Part shown: piece by piece, positions 27,193 through 32,000 of the stretch
How the letters are laid out: each line of letters begins with the position of its first letter
How positions within the stretch are numbered: the first letter of the stretch is position 1
NCBI RefSeq assembly: GCF_000284115.1
Contig: NC_017080.1
Span: 3,750,001-3,782,000, forward strand
Reading direction: 5' to 3'
From: Phycisphaera mikurensis NBRC 102666
Lineage (GTDB): Bacteria; Planctomycetota; Phycisphaerae; Phycisphaerales; Phycisphaeraceae
DNA length: 32,000 nt
Translations under genes and position numbers: made by a program
The notes under the pieces: generated by a model
Seen by the model: the letters and a program-made list of their open reading frames with translations, nothing else
The model's database searches: none
What the model was told of the DNA's origin: nothing

Positions 27193-28113
27193 ATGATGCG
27201 GATCCCCGACCGGATGCTGCTCTTGACCGCCGCCGCCACGCTGCTCCTGGGCGCCGCGCACGCCCCGCCGGCCGCGGCTCAAGACTGGCGCGACATCGAC
27301 GTCCCCCGCGACCCGCTGCCCGGCCACGACTGGGTGCTCGACTGGTCCGTCTCGGACAGCTTCAACTACAGCGACAAGAGCGACTGGCGCTTCACGCGGC
27401 GCTGGCGAGAGGGCAAGCCCGATGGCTGGCTCGGCCCCGGCGCGACCTTCTTCAAGGCGGGCAACAGCTTCCTGGTCGGCGGCAAGCTGACGATCTTCGG
27501 CTCGCGGGTGCCCGAGGCCCGGCGTGGCGCCCCGCGCAACGACCACGGCTTCTTCACCGACCGCAACACGCACACCGCTTACATCACCAGCAAGAAGCAG
27601 CTGCGCCCGCCGCTGTACACCGAGGTGCGGATGAAGGCGTCGAGCACGCCGCTCTCGAGCAACTTCTGGCTGCTCTCCGACGACAACGAGACCGAGATCG
27701 ACGTCGTCGAGATCTACGGCGACACGGACTGGTTCCGCCGCCACCCGGCGCACAACGCCCACTTCTTCAAGCGCGGCGGCAACGGCGACATCAACCGCCA
27801 GGGCCACCACACCACCGACCGCCGCTGGGACAACCAGTACCACCGGTACGGCGTCTTCTGGCAGAACGACCGCTACTGCGAGATCTTCTACGACGGCGAC
27901 CTCGTGCGTCAGATGTGGCTGCCCGGGCAGATCCCCGACCCCACCGGCCAGTACCTCAACCGGTCGATGCGTCTGATCTTCGACCTCGAGGCCCACACCT
28001 GGCGCAAGCAGGCCGGCGTGCCCAGCGACGCCGACCTCGCCGACTGGGGCCGCAACAACATGCAGGTGGATTGGGTCCGGACCTACCGCAGCGTCGGCCG
28101 CCGCGGGCGCTGA
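27193..28113 (+). CDS. Secreted GH16-family glycoside hydrolase (beta-agarase/porphyranase-like)
   Basis: Signal peptide MMRIPDRMLLLTAAATLLLGAAHAPPAAAQ; catalytic ExDxxE motif in NETEIDVVEIYG; WDNQYHRYGVFWQNDRYCEIFYDGDLVRQ. Confidence 0.88.
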   Translation: MMRIPDRMLLLTAAATLLLGAAHAPPAAAQDWRDIDVPRDPLPGHDWVLDWSVSDSFNYSDKSDWRFTRRWREGKPDGWLGPGATFFKAGNSFLVGGKLTIFGSRVPEARRGAPRNDHGFFTDRNTHTAYITSKKQLRPPLYTEVRMKASSTPLSSNFWLLSDDNETEIDVVEIYGDTDWFRRHPAHNAHFFKRGGNGDINRQGHHTTDRRWDNQYHRYGVFWQNDRYCEIFYDGDLVRQMWLPGQIPDPTGQYLNRSMRLIFDLEAHTWRKQAGVPSDADLADWGRNNMQVDWVRTYRSVGRRGR

Positions 28114-28124
28114 AGCGGCGACCG

Positions 28125-28143
28125 ACCGGCCCCGCAGGCCGGT
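28125..28143 (+). terminator. Possible terminator hairpin downstream of GH16 gene
   Basis: Perfect 7-bp stem ACCGGCC-CCGCA-GGCCGGT 12 nt after the stop codon; no T tract. Confidence 0.4.
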
Positions 28144-28197
28144 GCCCTCGTCGGGCGGATCGTGGCAGCCCGCGGCGCGGTGGTCCGGCGCGACGCG

Positions 28198-29061
28198 CTA
28201 GTGCCGGGCGATCCGCTCCACGCGGCGCCGCCAGGCGTGCGGCGTCTCGCCGCCGTGCAGCCGCTTGAACACGCGGTGGAAGTGGGCGAGGCTCGGGAAG
28301 CCCGAGCGGAGCGCGACCTCCGCGAGGCCGTCGGCGGTCTGCAGCAGCCGGGTCTCCGCCGCCTGCACCCGCAGGCGGTGGCGGTACTCGGTGACGCTCT
28401 GCCCCATGGCGGCGGCGAAGCGGCGGGCGGCGGCGGACTCGGAGAGGTGGGCGGCGGCGGCGAGCTCGCCGAGGCTCACCCCGTCGCGGAAGCGGTCCTG
28501 GAGCAGGCGCGTCATGACCTCAACCGCGGGATCGGCGGCGCGGGCCGCGGACGCGGGGCCCAGCGGCGTGGACGCCGCCGCGGCCAGCGCCGCGAGGGCC
28601 GCGAGCAGGAGGCCCGGCACCCGCTCGGGCTCCGCGGCGTCGACGAGGCGGTCGATGGCCGCCTCGGCCGTCCCCGGCGCGAAGGCCAGCCCCCCCGCCG
28701 CCGCGGAGAGCAGCCCCACGATCCCGGCGCACTCGGGGAAGGCCGCCGCGGCTCCGCAGACCCGCGCCGCGTCGAACTGCGCCACGCTGGCGCGGCACGG
28801 CGGCCCGCCTGCCGGCGCCGGGGGATCGTGACCCTCGGAGAACCAAGCGTGCGGCAGGTCGGGGCCGAGCAGCACGACGTCGCCGGTGCTGAAACGCGAG
28901 ACCGCGGACCCCAGCAACGCCCGGCCCGTGCCCGCATCGATGCGGGTCAGCTCCACCTCGGGGTGGTGGTGCCAGGGCACGTCGAAGGCGTCGAAGCCGA
29001 AGCGCTTCACCAGGACCGACCGGCCGCTGCCCGCCTCGATGCGTTCGCGTTCGGGCTTCAT
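28198..29061 (-). CDS. AraC-family transcriptional regulator
   Basis: N-terminal cupin-like (PWHHHPEVELTRIDAG...GDVVLLGPDLPHAW), C-terminal double HTH (VSLGELAAAAHLSESAAARRFAAAMGQSVTEYRHRLRVQAAETRLL...IALRSGFPSLAHFHRVFKR-like). Confidence 0.92.
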   Translation of the reverse strand: MKPERERIEAGSGRSVLVKRFGFDAFDVPWHHHPEVELTRIDAGTGRALLGSAVSRFSTGDVVLLGPDLPHAWFSEGHDPPAPAGGPPCRASVAQFDAARVCGAAAAFPECAGIVGLLSAAAGGLAFAPGTAEAAIDRLVDAAEPERVPGLLLAALAALAAAASTPLGPASAARAADPAVEVMTRLLQDRFRDGVSLGELAAAAHLSESAAARRFAAAMGQSVTEYRHRLRVQAAETRLLQTADGLAEVALRSGFPSLAHFHRVFKRLHGGETPHAWRRRVERIARH

Positions 29062-29225
29062 GGCGGATCAACCTGCCCCATCCCCCAGATCGGATCGAAA
29101 ACGCCGGAAACGTACACGATTTCGCGGGATCCGGCGACGCGGCGTTGCGCTCGGCGCCCGATGATCTTCCCGCTGGCGAGCCGACCGCGGCCGCCGCGAC
29201 CCCCGTTCCCCTCGAAAGCCATCCG

Positions 29226-30095
29226 ATGACCACCTCCACCCCCCAAGCCCCGCCCGCCCCCGCCGTGCCCGCCGCGATCCGGCAGGAGCTGCAGACTCCG
29301 ATGGAGCCCACGCCCGAGCAGGTCCGACGCTTCCGGACCGACGGCTACCTCAAGTGGAAAGACTTCTTCTCGCCGGAGCTGCTCGCCTTCTTCGACCCGA
29401 TCGTGACGGCCTGCCTGCACGACCGCAACCCGCTCAAGGACGTGCCGATGGAGCAGCGGTCGGCCTACGACCGGGCGTTCATCCAGGTGCCGAACCTGTG
29501 GACCTTCAACGACACGGTGCGGGAGCTCTCCACGAGCGTTCGCGCCGCCTCCGCCGCGTCGCGGCTGCTGGGCACGACCGGCGTCCGCATGTACCACGAC
29601 CAGGCCCTCTACAAGGAGGCCGGCGGCGGCTTTACGCCTTGGCACGTCGACCAGCACTACTGGCCGATCGGCACGGAGAAGACGGTGACGATCTGGTTCC
29701 CCTTCACCGAGGTGCCGGTGGAGAAAGGCCCGCTGATGTTCGGCAAGGAGAGCCACCACAAGCACATCGCCCGCGAGGTCGCCATCTCCGAGGACAGCGA
29801 GAAGATCATCGGCGAGGCGATCAAGAGCCACCGGGTGGTCGAGGAGATGAGCGGCTACGGCCTGGGCGAGGTGAGCTTCCACTACGGCTGGACGCTGCAC
29901 CGGGCGGCGCCCAACACCACCGACGACAGCCGGAGGGTGCTGACGGTCATCTACGTGGCGGAGGACGCGGAGGTGATCGAGCCGAAGTACGACGCCCACC
30001 GCTCCGACCTGCGGGAGTGGATGCCCGGCCTCAAGCCCGGGGACGCGGTGGACAGCCCCTTGAACCCGGTGCTGTTCCGCGAGGCTTCGGCCTGA
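29226..30095 (+). CDS. Phytanoyl-CoA dioxygenase (PhyH)-family protein
   Basis: RFRTDGYLKWKDFFSPELLAFFD, MYHDQALYKEAGGGFTPWHVDQHYWPIGTEKTVTIWFPFTEV (HxD), HYGWTLHRAAPNTTDDSRRVLTVIY. Confidence 0.93.
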   Translation: MTTSTPQAPPAPAVPAAIRQELQTPMEPTPEQVRRFRTDGYLKWKDFFSPELLAFFDPIVTACLHDRNPLKDVPMEQRSAYDRAFIQVPNLWTFNDTVRELSTSVRAASAASRLLGTTGVRMYHDQALYKEAGGGFTPWHVDQHYWPIGTEKTVTIWFPFTEVPVEKGPLMFGKESHHKHIAREVAISEDSEKIIGEAIKSHRVVEEMSGYGLGEVSFHYGWTLHRAAPNTTDDSRRVLTVIYVAEDAEVIEPKYDAHRSDLREWMPGLKPGDAVDSPLNPVLFREASA

Positions 30096-30130
30096 GAGCG
30101 GGGGGGGAAGCGGGACGTCCCCGACAAAAG

Positions 30131-30176
30131 CCGCGGACCGCGGCTTAGATCCGCGGCGAACCCACGCGGTCCGCGG
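30131..30176. repeat. Intergenic palindromic element copy D (46 bp)
   Basis: CCGCGGACCGCGG...CGCGGTCCGCGG between convergent PhyH and VTT genes, overlapping the VTT 3' end. Confidence 0.8.
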
Positions 30177-30720
30177 CTTCTTCGGGCACCAGCCGCTGGA
30201 GCGCCCCGCGGGTCGCCCAGCCCAGGCCCAGGACGCTCAGCGCCGTCGCCGCCACGCCCGCGGCCACGAGCCAGGGCGCCTCCGGCGACGCCCACGCCAG
30301 CCGCTCGAGCCCCGCGCCGAGCACGACCACCGCCGCCACCCGCGGTGCCAGGCCAACGAGGGTGCCAAGCAGCAGCGGCCCACGCCTGACGCCGAACACG
30401 GCGGCCAGCGTGTTGGTGACCGCGAAGGGGACCACCGGGGACAGCCGCAGCAGGCCCACCAGGAGGGCCGCCCGGCCCGCCGGCGCCGCCGCGATCGCCG
30501 CGCAGACGGCCGCGCCCCGCCGGTGACGCTCGACCCAGGCCAGCGGGGCCGGCCCCGCGAGCTTCCGGCCCGCCGCGTGCCCGACCAGCGCCGCAACGGT
30601 GGTCCCGCCGACCGCGACCGCGGCGCCCGCGGGCACGCCCAGCGACCAGCCGCACACCAGCGAGAGCAGGTGCGTCGGGACCAGCGCGAGCCCGCAGGCG
30701 GCCGCGCCCAGCAGCAGCAA
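30145..30720 (-). CDS. VTT/TVP38-TMEM64 (SNARE-associated Golgi-type) family membrane protein; N-terminus probably extends upstream of 30720
   Basis: ACGLALVPTHLLSLVCGWSLGVPAGAAVAVGGTTVAALVGHAAGRKL...VGLLRLSPVVPFAVTNTLAAVFGVRRGPLLLGTLVGLAPR. Listed start is a TTG inside a hydrophobic stretch; the frame remains open upstream. Confidence 0.8.
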   Translation of the reverse strand: MLLLGAAACGLALVPTHLLSLVCGWSLGVPAGAAVAVGGTTVAALVGHAAGRKLAGPAPLAWVERHRRGAAVCAAIAAAPAGRAALLVGLLRLSPVVPFAVTNTLAAVFGVRRGPLLLGTLVGLAPRVAAVVVLGAGLERLAWASPEAPWLVAAGVAATALSVLGLGWATRGALQRLVPEEAADRVGSPRI

Positions 30721-31087
30721 CGCCGCGGCGAGGCCCGCGCCGCCCGCCCGCAGCGCCTCGGCGTGCGGCAGCAGCGCGAGGAAGGCCAGCGCCCCGCCGG
30801 CCGCGGGGCCCGCCGCCGCCCAGGCGACGAGCAGCGCCGGACGCGCCAGCGTCCGGGCGGCGGGGGGCCGGCTTCGCCGCGCTCCGGTGCTCAGGATGCC
30901 CCCACGCCCCGGAGCGCTGCCACCCGCCCGCGGAGCAAGCCGGCGCCGACCTCCCGGGACCGCCGGTCCGCGGGCCCGGAGCGTGTGGCGGCTCCGGGGG
31001 CGCTAGCGAAAGCGGAGGCGGGGAGGCGCACCCGGCGAGCTTATTGCGGCTCCTCCGCCGCCGGACCCCACCGCCCGCGTCGCGCAG

Positions 31088-31119
31088 CACGACGCCCGCG
31101 GCTGCGAAGCCGCGGGCGT
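31088..31119 (-). terminator. Strong hairpin downstream of the PEP-CTERM-type gene
   Basis: Perfect 14-bp stem CGACGCCCGCGGCT with 4-nt loop GCGA and AGCCGCGGGCGTCG, 24 nt past the stop codon. Confidence 0.6.
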
Positions 31120-31143
31120 CGAGGAGGGTGCGGGTCCGCGGGC

Positions 31144-31923
31144 TCAGGCCGCGGCGTGGCGGCGGCGACGCAGCACGCCGCCGGCGAGCAGGGCCAGGCC
31201 GCCCAGGGCCGCCGAGGGCGTCGGCACCGCGTTGGCCGTCACCTGGGCGATCACCGCCGAGCCGCCCAGCGAGATCCGCACCTCGTCGAAGCTGGCCACG
31301 CCCAGCTGCGCCGCGGTGATCGGGGCGATCTGGTTGGCCGAGCGGTCGCCGAAGGCGATCGTGGCGTCGAACACGCCCGAGCCGTCGTCGGTGACGAAGC
31401 TGGCGAAGTCGAAGGAGCCCACGTCCACGCCGTCGCTGAGGAAGTCGATGAAGAAGCCGGTGTTGGTCTCGAACTCCTCGGGGCCCTCCACGTCGACGAT
31501 CGTGAACCCGAAGCTGTCCAGGGGGGTGGCGAACTCCAGGTTGATCGTGCCGGCGGGACGACGCTTCTCCAGCGGGGTCTCGATCGGCGTGGGCAGCACG
31601 CCGAAGCCGGTGAGCACGCCCTCGGGGCCGCGGAGGGCCAGGCCCTGGCCGAGGTCGCGGCCGGTGGCGTTGCCCGAGGTGAAGGGGGCCTGCTGGCCGG
31701 CGAAGTCGAACTGCGGGTAGCCGTTGAAGTCCCAGGCGAAGACCTCTTCGGGCGAGTCGGCGTAGGGGCTGGAGGCCGAGACGCTCAGGCCGTCGATCTG
31801 GTCGGTGACGGTGGCGCCGGTGGCGATGCCGTTGAAGTCGATGACCGTGGCGGCGGAGGCCCCGGCGGAGATCGCGGCGGTGGCGGCGGCGGCGGTGAGG
31901 AGCTTGGCGGTGGGAGCGTTCAT
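31144..31923 (-). CDS. PEP-CTERM-type exported protein with variant sorting tail
   Basis: Signal peptide MNAPTAKLLTAAAATAAISAGASA; beta-rich body; tail [29 protein letters not shown]. Confidence 0.88.
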   Translation of the reverse strand: MNAPTAKLLTAAAATAAISAGASAATVIDFNGIATGATVTDQIDGLSVSASSPYADSPEEVFAWDFNGYPQFDFAGQQAPFTSGNATGRDLGQGLALRGPEGVLTGFGVLPTPIETPLEKRRPAGTINLEFATPLDSFGFTIVDVEGPEEFETNTGFFIDFLSDGVDVGSFDFASFVTDDGSGVFDATIAFGDRSANQIAPITAAQLGVASFDEVRISLGGSAVIAQVTANAVPTPSAALGGLALLAGGVLRRRRHAAA

Positions 31924-32000
31924 GGGGAGAAGCCTCGGGCTTGGGGGCGGCGACGGGGACGCGACGCCGCGTTCCTCGTGGGGAAGAGCCTGAGGCGTCC

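Noticed and set aside
1-32000. CRISPR arrays, prophage genes, toxin-antitoxin or defence operons
   Set aside because: No regularly spaced repeats, phage structural genes or recognisable defence protein signatures seen on either strand; the IS is the only clear mobile gene carrier.

Overview
This is a GC-rich chromosomal window, probably from a Phycisphaerae-like planctomycete (an inference from composition, PEP-CTERM-type tails and gene content). Most of it is ordinary chromosome with about 21 supportable coding regions. These include PEP-CTERM-type surface proteins at both ends, several glycoside-hydrolase-like proteins (DUF5060/GH5-like, GH2, beta-galactosidase-trimerisation-like, GH16), YpdA-like reductase, APC permease, sucB, a CHASE-GGDEF protein, SelO, a TPR/HEAT protein, PilZ, GT2 and GT39-like enzymes, PPi-dependent phosphofructokinase, rhomboid protease, mutarotase, LOG protein, AraC regulator, phytanoyl-CoA dioxygenase and a VTT/TVP38 membrane protein. 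The most notable non-ORF items are: (1) an intact IS5-like element at 6725-8155 with matching terminal inverted repeats and a CTAG target duplication, whose reconstructed target is an imperfect palindrome; (2) a family of five 46-47 bp intergenic palindromic elements of form CCGCGGACCGCGG-N-CGCGGTCCGCGG, two of which supply the C-terminal codons and stop of neighbouring genes; (3) a tmRNA (ssrA, minus strand, 14527-14942) with an unusually long predicted 22-aa tag, ANDENTIAGRIGFGNDALRLAA; (4) an orphan PEP-CTERM-like sorting tail next to one of the palindromic elements. I found no CRISPR array, phage region or clearly new defence system. The very long antisense ORFs in the track look like high-GC artefacts.
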